A stretch of DNA of 64,000 nt from positions 248,001 to 312,000 of the forward strand of contig JAKMXF010000320.1 in the NCBI GenBank assembly GCA_024704765.1, written 5' to 3'. The notes beneath the pieces are model-generated. The model saw only the letters and a program-made list of their open reading frames with translations. It did not search any database and was not told where the DNA came from. A program made the translations under genes and the position numbers. This stretch comes from Oopsacas minuta. Taxonomy: Eukaryota > Animalia > Porifera. Of this stretch, positions 50,676 through 64,000 are shown in pieces. Numbering within the stretch: the first letter of the stretch is position 1; each line of letters starts with the position of its first letter.

Positions 50676-52699
50676 CTCAAAATACACCTGTCAGCAACCA
50701 AGGGGTGCCAAAAATGACCGGAAACGAGAGCGGATGACGCACAGTGGACAGAAGCACTTTGGGAGGAATATGCTTGTAGGTAGCACTATTGTGTTTGAAA
50801 TTATGTATATATAGTAAATAGATGCAAAGAAATCGATTTGAAAAGCCAAATTTTACGTACGATTATACCATTATACAGTTTAGTGCGATTTCATATTAAT
50901 GTACAACATTAACGTCTATGGGTTGAAAATATATGATTTTAGGAAATCCAGGAGTTATAAAATTGATAAATAATTTCGTGGAATTTTCAATAGGTATCTG
51001 TGTTTCCACTGATATATCCCCACACTATCGTATTATGATAAGATCAGAACGATGTTAAATTAGAACATGTATTGGTGAGGTCAAATAGCTAATAAAATAT
51101 GAGGAAATTAGTTCAGTGGAATGCGGATACAGTTCGTTTTCCTAGCCTGCAAACATAATCATATACTTTCCTGTTTAATCAAACGGATGCTATGTTGAAC
51201 TGCCAGCTTGGTAAATGTTTTTGAAATTAATAGAACAATACTATACTCATTCTAACACAACTGGCTCCCAAAATCATCCATATGTAGTCAATTTCATCCA
51301 AATACAAATATATATAAATGAGTAGATTTACATTTTAGGTCCTGCAACTTATCGTGACCAGTCGTGATAAGTTAGTATATACAAATAAATAGGAAGCCAA
51401 ACATTGTGGACTTTATTATTTTATGATTTCTAGACGCGCCCAAAGACACCCAAAATACACTAGGTTATATGTCTGCATACAACCAATATTTTGGAAAAGT
51501 CTGAGAATCACAATTTTACTCTGATAATTTCAATAGACAATCTAGATTTCGAAAAACAATGAAGTAAAGTTGAGAGCACTAACTCATATCTAAATAAAAT
51601 GATTACATAGAATTGATAATGAAACCACAAAATAGCATTCTCGAATATTGATATTTTACATACCTAAATATTTACCATAACTCAATGAGTTGAAGACACA
51701 CTAGTACATAAAATCAGATTTCTAGAAACTAAACCACTCAGCAAATAATGAGGGTGAAATCTAAACAATCTAAGCATGTCAAAAATAACTCTACTTCCGC
51801 CTATTCGCCTAGTGTGTGACGCTGGACACGAATGCTACCCATATTTCAAATCCTCGTGCAACAGTGAAAAAAGAAATGACAGACAGGACAAGGTAACACC
51901 AGGTGTGTTAGCCAATTTGATAAAAATGCCATATGCTAAGCCAGTAACGCTCCAAGATACACTCGTCAACAACCAAAGGGTGCCCAAAAAGTCCGCAAAG
52001 GAAGCAGATCATGCTCTACGCAAGAGTTCAAATCCTCGCGTCAAATAGTGGTGGTAAATGACCACAAATTGGCCCCCTGGACAAATTTTGGCCCCCTAAA
52101 TTTGCTCCCCAGACCAATTTTAGATAGCCAAAACTCGTCCGGACCTATTTTGGCGTTACAGCCCTTACAATTGGTAGAAGGATATATACCCTGCACTTTA
52201 GTCCACATTGATTCATTAAATTAATTCGCCTGAAAATGGGTCCCACAGTATCTGCTAAGTTGTATATAGAAGTTGTTTGAATGCACTATTGGAAGAGATA
52301 AAATTGAGGCATCCCGAAATTGAGCTCAAAAATATGAAATTACACACAATATTAATGCGTTTGAACACAAGGCCGCACTGATAATGGAGTATATTGAAGA
52401 GATTGGGGCGTCCACCCTATCATATCTGCCGTATTCCCTTGACACATCCCCCTGTGGTTTATGGATTTTCCCTAAATCCATAGACTCCTTTAATTAAGTA
52501 GAACCGTAGGCTCGAACTCAGGTCTTGAAACTTGGATACATTAGAATAATTTTGAAGTTCAATATTTCAAAAGTGCCACGTTTTTGTCCGAATAAATGAA
52601 TTACATATTTATAGAAATATACTTCATCAATCCCAAGATGCAAATTATAGTCGAATCTGTGAAAGTTTTGTACTTTGTAAGCATATTTTGGGGAAAATG

Positions 52700-53260
52700 T
52701 CCATCTTCCAACACCCTATGACGATAAATACTATAATTATGATTTCAGAATTCTCTTTCAATTATCTAATTAAACAAAATATTAAAATTTGACATCATAA
52801 AGTTGACAAATTCCTGAAAACATGGTAAATTTCATAACATTCATTATAACTCAAATTTACATGTTTTCGCCGAGTAAATTAGTCCAATACCTAGGATATA
52901 CCCGAATTCCATACCCTAATAATACATTTTGAAATTTATCTACTCACTATGATGTAATCTACGTTATACTCATATATGACCGTATAATAACAATTATTTC
53001 ATATTGGAAAGATAGCATATCAAAATTTACTATTAGGGTATGGGAAGTCGGATATATTCTAGGTCTTGATATATTTGGCGAAAACATGTAAAACTTCTGG
53101 TTGGATTGTATTTTTCACTAATTTTCATTAATCATAGTATCTATGGTACCTCAGGAATTTGGCAACTATATCATGTCAAAATTTTAAGATTTTGCATGAA
53201 AATATCATTAGATCATTTGAGGATGAAACCTTAAATATTATTTCTAGTATTTATCGTTCT
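52700..53260. repeat. Diverged palindrome related to the foldback family
   Basis: aaaattttgacatcataaagttgacaaattcctga pairs with tcaggaatttggcaactatatcatgtcaaaatttt; central ccatacccta/tagggtatgg motifs. Confidence 0.65.
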
Positions 53261-53515
53261 GAGGTGTTCAAAGATAGACACAATCACCTAACTAAGTTTG
53301 TTTATTAAATATTAAGAAATAATTAGGTCCTGTGTACTACTGTAATGTGGAATAATATTAACATATCATTAGGCTAAATTTGTAATTATATTTATTTTTG
53401 TAGTTTACGAAGTGACCAACAAAAATAACTTTATTATTGTTAGTATGAATATAGGAATGACTACATTTTCTAAATAAAATTTACAACTGGAATTACTACT
53501 TGACAATCTTTACTT

Positions 53516-54001
53516 TTGTCTCATATTTACATTCTTCGTATCATAAAAAGTCCCCGACAAATAAAACGTGGTCCAAAGGAAATCTTTCAAAACGATGAGC
53601 AGAGGAAGAGAGTTAATCGACTCTATGAATCCTCTCAAATAATAGAAGCTAGACTTAAGAAGCAGCTTAATAACCATCTAGCATATTTAGATAGCGAGAA
53701 CGCAACTTAGCGGAATGCCCGTCTCAAGCGTCAGTTAGAATATGAAGTAGCTCAGAACGAAAACGAGAGCAATGAGAGATGCATTGCCCGTCTGAGCTAT
53801 CGGAGAGGTTATAAATCCACAACAAAAGGTAGATCTAGAAAGAATCTCCTTAATGGCACTATACTTGAAGAGGAAGTAGCATTGACTAAGATCATATTCA
53901 AAAAATGTTTCAAATGTCAATATTCAAAAATTAGTCACTCCTTTATTATTCTTCCCCTAGTATTATCTCTTAGCCTGCGAAGTCGCGGCTTGCCAAAGTA
54001 G
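53516..54001 (+). mobile_element. Possible non-autonomous Helitron remnant
   Basis: Charged repeats ESSQIIEARL / ENAT*RNARL / ESNERCIARL typical of Helitron N-termini; 3' gcgaagtcgcggc...gtag resembles the 60155-60170 end. Confidence 0.4.
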
Positions 54002-54249
54002 ATATTTCCCTTTGTTCACCATTCTTTAATAAATGGCTTGTTGATTTGATCTTTCAGATTAACTTGAAAAATTATCACCAATGAAATAACTGACACTCTC
54101 AAGTCTTTCAATATTTGATATTAACAACTTCTTTGACTGTTAATATCTTTAATACCAGAAATTTAACAATCCAGAGAATCAAACTTTCATTGCCTAAGAT
54201 GATTCATAAATTAAGAAAATTAGAGCAATCTTGTTGGATCGGTATAATG

Positions 54250-56248
54250 GTGAATTTTTGGGAACTTTTCATACAGAATTTTTGGCTTTGGGGCCATCCC
54301 CCATCTCCGGGCTCCCCAGAAGATTTGAGGATTTGGCCTCCTTGAGAAGACATAATTGAGTTGCAGATAGCTAATGGGGATACCCTTTTGAAGCAACATG
54401 TAGAGCAAGGGCTTTCAAATGCTCAGTCTACATCCAAGTTTTCGTGTGTTTCTCTGATAGAAGTAATTGACACTTGGATCGAAAGAAGGCTCGTGTCCAA
54501 TTTGAAATCGAGTCCATTATTTTCACTTTTGGCTGATGAATGTCAAGATGTGAGCACCCAAGAAGAGCTTTCCATTTGCGGTAGATGGGTGGCATCTATA
54601 TATTTTGATAGAATTTTTTGTAAAACTTTGATCAAAATTTCTTATGTCGAACCTTGATCGAATGATGAAGAAGGCAAATTTTGATCAAAGTTATACTAAA
54701 ATGTCTTCAGTCGAACTTTGATCGAAAAAATTTCGTGCTCCACGACACCACAATATTCAGGGTGGCACCCCCTGACCCCCCATGTAATGCCACAATGCAC
54801 CGGACTCGACTGATTTCAATCTAGGACGTGCTAGCACTTTACATTTTATTAATTAGAAAGAGTACCATTGGGAGGGGATTAGAGATTTATTTCGCTACCT
54901 TATGGCCCTGGGAGTATTTATTTGTGTTCGTTATTAGCTACTAAAGGACGGGAGTGTGGAATTTATGCTAACTTTATGATAGATGGAGTTTTTTGGATTG
55001 ATTATTATTAATCTTTGTAAAATGGCGTATCGTTGGATTTTTTTGTTTTATTTTCTCCATTTTCGATCAAAGTTCACATTTTCGATCAAGATTCTACAAT
55101 TTTTCGATCAAAGTTTGACTGGAGACATTTGGGTAGAACTTTGATCAAAATTTGCCTTTTTCATCATTCGAGCATAGTTCGACATAAGAGAATTTGATCA
55201 AAGTTCTACAAAAAAATTCGATAGGTGGTAGATGGACATTCTTAAGAGCATTTCATGACCATACTCATATTCGATCTTTGGATGCTGAAACCCTTGCTAG
55301 TACAATCACTTCCTACGTGGAATCATAATGTTTGAATATCAATAGGCTAATAGGGCAGGATATGATGGGGCAGCTCCGTTCTCTGGAGGAATACTGGAGT
55401 TCAAAGGAGAATGTGTCCCTATCTGGTCATTCATGGTCAATTGCTCCTGTCATCGCCTATAGCTAGCTAGCATTCAGTCTGATTATGAGATCACAGTTTG
55501 TGCTTCTGTTGGTATAGTACGAGGGGCAGTACCTCCCTGACTATCACTAACAGTTTTCGCACAGCAGTCTTGATCCCTTTTGTCGATAAGTTAATCCAAA
55601 ACATCCAAGTCGTTTTCCTGATGATGGTTTTGCAGTCGTTATTGCAATGTCAGTCTTCAATATACCTCAAGCAGATGACCCTACATTTCGTACTTATGGA
55701 CAGGAAGAAATCAAGCAATTAGGTGCTTTTTATAGAGAGGAAGCCGAAGTAGAATTTTAAGGTGTCAGTTTTCAGTTCCCTCCTTTAAATGACGGGGATG
55801 CACTTCTTTCTGAGTGACCTGTATTTAGAAGAGCGTTACTTCATGAAAAAGAAGCTTTCATGTTTTGCAATAAGCTACCAAGAGTCCTACTTTCCAGCAA
55901 GTATTCCAAGGAATCAAAAGGCTGACGCATATAATGGTATTTCCCTGAAATTTTCAAGTTGATTAACATTATGTTGACATTTCCTGTAGGGACCACCACC
56001 GTTGAGAGGTCATTCAGCCAGGTGAACATAATAAAAACAAGGCTCCGCAACAGTCCAGAAATGAAGCTAGTTGACTTTGATGAAGTTCTCGACTTATTTA
56101 GAGAAAAAATAGGGGTATCAGTCTATAAACTTTGCTCCTGTCATAACAGATCACATAATTAGTATGTATCATCATTGTGCTGATTTATCTATATCTTGGA
56201 GGAAAAATCCCAGGTTCCCTCTTTCCCTCTCCTCTGAATGAAATCTTG
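54250..56248 (+). mobile_element. hAT (ZMYM1/P52rIPK-like) transposase pseudogene with right TIR
   Basis: FSLLADECQDVSTQEELSICGRWV, GQ.YDGAA, HCSCHRL, LTFPVGTTTVERSFS; right end tctgaatgaaatcttg. Interrupted by the MITE at 54593-55219. Confidence 0.8.
54593..55219. mobile_element. Second copy of the MULE-like foldback MITE, inserted in the hAT pseudogene
   Basis: Inverted copy of 50049-50675; 9-bp flanks gatgggtgg/gataggtgg; splits CGRWV|VDG. Confidence 0.8.
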
Positions 56249-56312
56249 CTATTACCGAAATGGAACTTGCTAAAATTACGACGTTTATCAAATAGACAAA
56301 TCAAGTCCGAAT

Positions 56313-56603
56313 TAGAGGCGTAGTCGGGGTGGTGCGCTGTGGTGCGGTTCACCACCTTGGATGATGCGCATCATCTAACATGTTCTGACTAATGTGGGCT
56401 GAAATTAGTAAATGGTACTAAATTTTTAATAAATTTAACTTCTGTATGGTTTCAGGTAGTAGTGTTTTAGATTTTGGACAATCTATTAAACAATTTATCT
56501 CTTTCTTCAGTTACTTGACAAAATTACTTAACAGCTCCCTAAAATTCAACACTACTCGCACCACCACCGCACCACCTTAACCAAAGACTTGGTTACGCCA
56601 CTG
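56313..56603. mobile_element. hAT MITE
   Basis: Perfect TSD GTCCGAAT; termini TAGAGGCGTA / TACGCCACTG; ggtggtgcg subrepeats. Confidence 0.9.
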
Positions 56604-57135
56604 GTCCGAATGTATGACATTCTATCATATTTTCTTTCACTACCTCGATAATTGGCTACGTTTGTATAATTTATGACAAAAATTTAGATTGGTTATAATT
56701 GAATGACGATAAATTAATTGACTATCCAATCCTGAGGGATGTGTTGAATAATTATGCGCAGAAATTGCTTTGACTGATGACTTGCTTAAGGAAGTATGCT
56801 GTCTTTAACGAACTTATAGAATTATCAATGACTTCTTATTTAGCCGTAGACAAGCGTTGGGGTATCAGGGCCGGCGCCGCATATTAAAGCTTCGGGTGTC
56901 CATGATAATGGATAGTTAGTGTCTAAACAACCTTTACCATAGAGGATAATGTAAAGGTATTTCGTGACAGTGGGTGTATGGCACCCAGAACACCCACAGT
57001 GACGCCGCCCTGGGTACATTACACGAAATAGCTTTCCCTGTAATAAGGAAATTATTATCTCCTATTTTTGATATCCCTGCATCTAATGCAGTGTGTGAAC
57101 GAGTGTTCAGTTTATCAATGGTACATATATACTAG

Positions 57136-57741
57136 TTAATCTTCGATCAAGGTTAACTTGCCCATGATGTAATGCCACTGTTTAGCTACTGGGCTCAGAG
57201 GGACACCCTGTACTCTGTTTGGCCACTCCTCTAATCCAGCATAAGCTACCATTAGACGCAGGTAGTTAGTGAAGTTTTTTGTTAAGAACTCCATCTTCCC
57301 TCCGTGTCTAAGTAGAACGATAATTGGTTCCTCCCATATAGATTTTTCATCAATTTCCATACCAACTCTATCCTTGTACAAGAGACATATGCTACCTACT
57401 GAAGGATTCTCATCTATTCTGATTATCTTGACAGGTAGATTAGAAAGCAAAAGTTGTTTTGTAATATGATTTATTTCTATCATCACCATTTCCTTTAGCT
57501 CGCATATTGCCACTCTTCCTACCCGATATATGTTTGTACCTACCTTTATTGACCAAGTGAGTAACATTCCATTCTGGGTGAGGTAATACTCCTTAAGGTC
57601 AGTAGGCAAGAACACACAATGCTTGTACTCCCAAGATGACAGCTCGTTCTCTAACACTGGAGTTTGTGTTTTTATGTCTATATCACAAACTTGGGGGTGT
57701 GAGTCAAGGGAATGCACCATACTTGAGAGTAATGTATCCAT
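57136..57741 (-). CDS. TPGS2: Tubulin polyglutamylase complex subunit 2, intronless, 201 aa
   Basis: LSSWEYKHCVFLPTDLKEYYLTQNGMLLTWSIK and FLTKNFTNYLRLMVAYAGLEEWP...LSPVAKQW match TPGS2 ISSWEQKNNC.MPED.KNFY...NGFHMTWSVK and FLTDTFTAYYRLL..HLGLPQW...ISPQAKQW. Confidence 0.88.
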   Translation of the reverse strand: MDTLLSSMVHSLDSHPQVCDIDIKTQTPVLENELSSWEYKHCVFLPTDLKEYYLTQNGMLLTWSIKVGTNIYRVGRVAICELKEMVMIEINHITKQLLLSNLPVKIIRIDENPSVGSICLLYKDRVGMEIDEKSIWEEPIIVLLRHGGKMEFLTKNFTNYLRLMVAYAGLEEWPNRVQGVPLSPVAKQWHYIMGKLTLIED

Positions 57742-57855
57742 TCTAGTATTATCAATAAAGTATGGATTGAATTAAAACGCTCTGAGACAGCTTAGTGCCT
57801 CAGGTTAGCTTAAGTATTCAACAGATAAATTTCTTGGTTCGATTCGTAAGTAGTA

Positions 57856-58609
57856 CAAGGGTTGTTCAATAAATAAGGAGGCTTTTTTTTCATTATTTAT
57901 ATAGTAAACCTATACTTATCATAATTGATTATCAAATGTTTCGATAAATTCCCCCTTTAACTTTATTCATCGTTTCCATCGTTCTGGTAACTTTTCCAGC
58001 CCAGTGGTATAGTATTCTTTAGGGATCCCTTTTTCCCACTGTTGTATTTCGTACTCCAGCCGTTTGAAATCCTCAAATCTCTTCCCTCGAAGGGGTCTCT
58101 TCATCTCTCCAAACAGCCAGTAGTCGCTGGGAGCCAGGTCTGGACTATACGGGGGATGAGGGAGGCATTCGAATCCTAAGTCGTCAATTGCAGCCATTGT
58201 CTTGGAGCTTACATGGGGACTTGCGTTGTCATGTTTCAGCAATACGCCACGTGTCAACTTGCCTCGCCTCTCACGTTTAATCGCATGATGCAATTCTTTC
58301 AATTCGTCAAGGTAATAATCACTGTTTATGGTGATCTTCTCAGGCAACCAGTCGAGGTGTATAATTCCTTCCCTATCCCAAAATAAGGTTGCCATTCTCT
58401 TCCCTGCTGATTTTGCGGCCTCTACCTTGATGGGTACAGGTTCATCACGTCTCTTCCACTGCTTCGATTGAGTTTTGCTCTCTAGTTTCTAATAATGAAA
58501 CCAAGTTTCATCCCCCTTTACTATACGATCCAAAAAGTCTTCCTCTGAGCTGTATTAGCTAGAATATGAAATCGATATATTAGTCTCATTACTTATTGAA
58601 CAACCCTTG
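57856..58609 (-). mobile_element. Internally deleted mariner element
   Basis: TA TSD; TIR CAAGGGTTGTTCAATAA / TTATTGAACAACCCTTG; GDETWFHY, MATLFWD, HDNASPH and YSPDLAPSDYWLF. Confidence 0.92.
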
Positions 58610-59819
58610 TATAATCGATTCTGAGAAGATTAGTAACGTATGAAGTTATGTAAATGGCGGATAGATATATTGATATATTCTTTAGTCCATAAATACCAGA
58701 AGTGTGAATCAATAATTAACATAATATTGCTTATTGTCATATTACTCATGTAAGAAAAAAGGAAGTCGAATAATTATTGAAAGTTGAAACCATTGTAGAT
58801 AAATCTATACAGTTGAGGAAGTACTTGTAAATTTCGACAAAAGAACACAAATTAGAATAATTCTAACAAGTGAAGGTTACCACGAAACCAGAGTTGTAAT
58901 TAAGCCATTTAGTTGTTTTCTAAAAACAAAAGAAAATAAAATATTTGAAAATTTCAAATCATTTTTCAAATCAATTACGAATCACTTTTAATTCATGTTC
59001 AAATTTTGTTCAATTTTACAAATTTGGTGTCCAACTTCTCAATATTGTCCCTTTAGATGCATGTTTACTCCAACTAAATTTCATTAGAATCGGAGTTCAT
59101 TAAGGGTAGAGCAATCTACGGTAATACTATGTGGACTGCCATGGAAAATTTTGGAATTTTCATGGTCTGCGCAATTTAGTAGAAAACACAATGTCGAATA
59201 TGGCAAATAACCGAATCGAGTACTCTAAGGGTGGTTTCATGTGTGAAGACAATACATTTTCACTGCTAAAATTGAATGTAGATACAACTCGGTTATAAAG
59301 TAATTTGTTTCTCTCCCTTGAGGGAACGTTATATCCGAGTTCTACTGTGCGTATATATATACACACACACACAATGTAGTGTCCGAATAACGAACACGTT
59401 TGGACATTGTATCTATCCGTGTAGAGAATTGTCCGCTCCTCAGAGACTGCTTAAGTAGTAATTACATGCTAGACAAATTCAAAACGTGCCACAAGGTTTG
59501 TCCGTTGTAGGGGGTTGTCCGCTTCTTGGAGAGTCCGTTTTCGAAACTCTACTGTATATGTTTGTATGTCCAGAATTGATTGAAGAAACTCGAGGACCAA
59601 CCCAGGGCTGATTTTTGGCATACAAGGGTATTTTGGGTCTGGCTCGGACATGTTGAGTCTTCCAACGAAAATTCACACATGACGAAATTATGACTTCTTT
59701 GTCACCTTTTTGGATTTTCGAAAAACTGCACAGGCACTATACATGATAGAAATTGAAATTTGAATCACAGTTACTCCTTTCTATGCCAAATTTCCTGAAG
59801 TCATGATTTAGACCAAATA

Positions 59820-60170
59820 CAAACTCATCATGGAATGATTACGTCATCATGATTATACAAAAATTCGAAATTGTTCAAATGTCGATCTATTCTAGAAATT
59901 CTAAATACCTGAGGCATAAAGGCCCAGATTACTAACCAAAAGCGACATAGCATCTCCAATGTCACCACAGGAGGCCACGGTATGTAATTTGGATGGACAA
60001 TGGATAATAAAATCTTAAATTTTCTGCTATATTATAAACTCGAGGCACGAAGTGCCGAGTTTATCCAGCCACGTAGCCACCAAAAGCACTAAGAAATATA
60101 TGTTTAATACTTAAGCTAACCTGCAGCACTAAGCTCTCGCGGAGTGACATAACAAGCGAAGCCGCGCTAG
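59820..60170 (+). repeat. Dispersed repeat, possibly a non-autonomous Helitron 3' end
   Basis: Counterpart of 20619-20960; ends aagcgaagccgcgCTAG followed by t. Confidence 0.55.
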
Positions 60171-60647
60171 TACAGATCAATCGCCTTTAGTATAGATAAT
60201 TAACAAAAGGAAATCAGCTAATAAGCATACTAAAGTCAATTAGTGTATTTACAATTTACAAGGAATATTGTTGCAAAAAATTACCCAATGAAATTCAAGT
60301 TTTCAATAGACTACTACTTTTGCCATCGTAAGGAAACGTATCTAACTGTATCTTTAGTAGGCTTTGGATCAGTATAAAAAGAACACTAATTATCACTCAA
60401 TTTTGGGGATGGCGCCATTCCAGGCTCTATTCAACATTAAACCTCCAATAGGATTATCTGAACTAGGAATCCCAGATGAAGCAGCGCACACTATTGTGTT
60501 TCGAAGATGACTTGAGGAGAGTGAGTGCCGATATTATTTGTGCACAAGATGAGGCTCCCGCAGAACTATATTTCTCTGAGTTTGAGGACGGATATCAACC
60601 TAATTTATTACATCCATTCCCAGAAGTATATAATCCCTACAACATCG

Positions 60648-61310
60648 ATGGTAACGGAACTTTCGTCCCAGGAAATTTCGTATCCGGAAATTTGGTCTCT
60701 TGGAATTTTCGTATCCAGAATTTTCGTACTCGGAATTTTGCATCCTTTAGCGGTTTTAGCAATGTTTATTTGTTTTATAGAAAAAAAGAAGATGGATAAT
60801 GTTTCAAAAGATCGATATAAAGGTAGCAAGGTTGCAAAAAGGTGGTAGAAAGGGCGGGATTTATAAGATATGACGGGATCATCAAGGGATATTTATTAGA
60901 TTAGCTAGCTAAAAGGTTATATAAAGGGTTGATCGGGGATTTAATGCTAGAGTAGATTCTGATGAATGTTTTGTTTTGATTTGCTATATGATGGTCTGGG
61001 GTGGGAGATATGTGTTAGCATAAGGGAAAAGATGATGGCTAGGTTTCGAACGGTCATTATTGTTGCTAAAGTCGACTGTAAGGTGTGTTATGTTTGGGAA
61101 ATTGGGACCAGGAATTTTTTTCGAATTTTTAGCGGAATAAGTAGTGTTTCTTTGTTTTATAGAAAATGAAGATGGATATCTATAGTGTTGCAAAAGATGG
61201 ATATAATATGTAGAAAGGTACGAAAATTCCAGATACGAGATTTCCAAGAGACCATATTTCCGAGACCAAGTTTCCGGATACTAAATTTCCTGAGACGAAA
61301 GTTCCGCCAT
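60648..61310. mobile_element. MULE-like MITE with long imperfect TIRs
   Basis: GGAACTTTCGTCCCAGGAAATTTCGTATCCGGAAA pairs with TTTCCGGATACTAAATTTCCTGAGACGAAAGTTCC. Confidence 0.75.
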
Positions 61311-61778
61311 TCATATTATCCCATTGAAAATTGAGATTCAACTTACAAAATAATTTGGTTTAATGTTCCAAATTAGGGAGGGGGGGGCTAATTTTGAAAA
61401 ATTTTCGGGTGCTGAATCTCTCATTTGGGGGACTAAAGCCCCAAAGTCCCCTTGGCCTCGCACCTGTCTGCTTAAAATTCAGTATCCTTTCTATAAAAAG
61501 TGGATGCTGGGACACCTTAGTATAGTTCACAATTTATTAAAATGGTTTGACGGTGCACATTTAGCAATTTCCAGAATGTACAATGGTTAAATTCAATCCT
61601 GATTGCTTAAAATACAAATTTAATGTAAAGCTGAAATAATGAAAAGGAGCGCGGTCCATTTTCCTGGAGTGGGAGCCGCAGTCCTTTCTCAGTAGCGAGC
61701 GGTTGCGGGAGCGTTTAATGCTCTGAGTTACTGCAACTTATATTGACTCTTGACAGAGTTCCCAAACCCTATTAATAA

Positions 61779-63932
61779 CACAGGCCTACACTTTTAGTTG
61801 TATTGATTTTGTCAACTGATATATACTAATTGTGTGTTGCTGATTCCGATTATTTAGTCAGTTTCTCCCTAATACGTCAAGTTACCTCACAATCCTATTA
61901 CTACATTTATAGAACAAAATTGGTTTCAACCCTTATACGTTAGATTGGATCTATTAAATTTCTGAAAATATCAATATTTCATTCACTAAGAATAATGATA
62001 TAATTGTTACTAATATGAATGGAAGAAAGTGATACTATAAACATGTAATATGAGCACTATTCAATCTAAAAATTTCTCTTGTTTGACTTTCTTGAACGTT
62101 GTTCGTTAGGACAATCTCTTTTTAGGCACCAACAGTAATCTGCCATCATATGTGTGTCCCATCTTCCTTGATATCGCTGTTCCATCACTTTTATGTCTTG
62201 ATGGAATCGTTCACCTTGTTCTTCACTCATATCACCTAGATTATCCGGAAATCTATCAAGATGGTCTCTCAAATAATGAATTTTAATACTCATATTACAG
62301 CCAAGAGCATGATAGCTGTCGACTAACTCTGTGACTAGTTCTTTGTAGTTGGATGCCTTTTTATTACCAAGGAAATTAGAAACGACATTAGAGAAGCCTG
62401 CCACGCTCTCTTCTCTTCCTCGTTCATTGAATCTTTGAAGCTGTTATCTCTAAGTAACTTGCGAATCTGTGGACCTTTAAATATCCCTGCCTTTTTCTTC
62501 TCTTCACTGATTTATGGAAATAATTTCGGATATACTTGAAACAATATCTGTCTTTATCCAGTGCTTTGATGAATTGCTTCATTAAACCAAGCTTAAAGTG
62601 GAGAGGAGGTAGAATTATTTTATTTATATGTACCAGAGAGTTATACTGTCTCAATAACAAAGAAAATAGGGATACTTAGTGAACCCAGATTGTTGTCCTA
62701 ATAGAAAGTTGACCATTTTGAGATCAACACAGATGACCCAATCATGTGCAGAGTAGTTAATAATCTCTCTAATATCTCTTTCACATTATGTACTCCTCTT
62801 TGAGTTTAACTGAATATCCTATAGGAATTGAACCGAATATATTTCCATTATGGAGTAGTACACATTTCAGACTCCTTTTGAAGCTGTTAATAAACAGCCT
62901 CCAGTCACTTGGATTGTAGTTCGGAACTCCCATTGCCAGTAGAAGACCCTCAACATTTGGACAAAACACCAAACCATTCTTTTCGCAGAAATACTGTTGA
63001 AACTCTTGCTCCCTGTAACGATATAATGTTACCTTTGTTCCTTGATGGAATAGATTCTTTTCTTTCAATCTAGTTGCAAGCAACTCAGAAGATTCTTTCG
63101 AGAGGTCAAGGTCACGAATTAAATCATTCAATTCCGCTTGGTTAAAGAGAGAAGGCTCCGAGGAAGGACCTCGAAAATCAACATCATATTCACAGTCATG
63201 ATCATTGACTTCTGCAGAATTGGCACCATCTTCATCATCATGAGTCCGAGAAACTCTGTGAATATTGGTACAGGTAGATCACTACAATGAGGGACTGGTC
63301 GAATAGCAGATTCTAAATTTGGGTAATTCAGCAGGTGTCTGTCACTCTTTTTGCAGCCCATAACATTTACCATGCAGAAATACCAATCATCGAAATGACT
63401 TTTTGATTCTCTCCAAATCATAGGAATTCCGAAAGGGAGGTGTTTCTCTTTACCCTTACTCCAAGACCTCAATAATTCTACACAAGATTTACAGACCTTA
63501 TGAGGTGCCCAACTTTTGTCCTGGTCGCCCAGCTTAACTTTGAAATACGCATGGTAAGCTCTATTCACAAATTCAGTAATATTCTGCATCTGAGGTTTCG
63601 GAGTATAGTAACCACAAATATAACAAAAAATGTCTGGAGAATTGAAACACTTTCTTTTCGACATATCAACAAAATAGAATAACAGACTAGTTAAAAACCA
63701 ATAAGCAAATAAGACTATTTGAATATATATACTATGTACATAATGTTATTGTTGTAATATGTAATCATGATGAATTTTTGGCAAATGTCGAAATTTTTCT
63801 GAAAATGTAGTTATATGGTTGTGAAAAAACCTGACGTGATAGGAAAAAACTGAATAGATATTCAGAATCAGCGCACCTAAATTAGTCTAAATCAGTGATC
63901 AAAATATAAACAGCTGCAGTATAACATTTTTT
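61779..63932 (-). mobile_element. Chapaev3 family A copy 2, lacking the last 12 bp of one TIR
   Basis: Offset 61242 from copy 1 with identical ORF track and only three substitutions noticed. Begins taa-CACAGGCCTACA and ends at aacatttttt without TGTAGGCCTGTG. Confidence 0.9.
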
Positions 63933-64000
63933 AATGCCAATAGAACCAGAGCCTACGCACCTTTTCATTGACCAAATTTTCATGTACCATGGGTTACTTC

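Noticed and set aside
51776-52048. 90-aa plus-strand ORF as a host gene
   Set aside because: It is antisense to a diverged repeat also present at ~49900-50040 and 50680-50760; no motifs.
60476-61247. Short ORFs around the 60.6-61.3 kb MITE
   Set aside because: They read into or lie within palindromic repeat sequence and have low-complexity translations.

Overview
AT-rich (roughly one third GC) eukaryotic genomic DNA with 57-67 bp introns, most likely an animal. The NHL-repeat gene type and transposon content suggest a sponge such as Oopsacas, but this is inference only. The window is mostly DNA transposon debris (Chapaev3, mariner, pogo-like MITEs, hAT, MULE, P/Galileo-like, possible Helitron). 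Only two host genes are clearly intact: an intronless CAMK-group Ser/Thr kinase and TPGS2. Damaged host copies include hsp70 (still carrying heat-shock elements), a 3' part of TYW3, a 5' part of SF1, and an inverted pair of NHL-repeat genes inside an SF1 intron. The most notable element is a 3.1 kb Transib/RAG1-like transposon (17090-20184). Its reconstructed ~705 aa transposase has the RAG1 D-D-E triad, both zinc half-sites and a segment resembling the RAG1 nonamer-binding domain. It has four single-base frameshifts but no stop codons. Its ends start with RSS-like heptamers (CACAGTG and CACATTG) followed by a shared 13-mer at unequal spacing (16 vs 7 nt), and a third heptamer end lies 250 bp further out. 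No RAG2-like gene is present. No rRNA, tRNA or CRISPR array was found. All alignments were done by eye, with no database searches.
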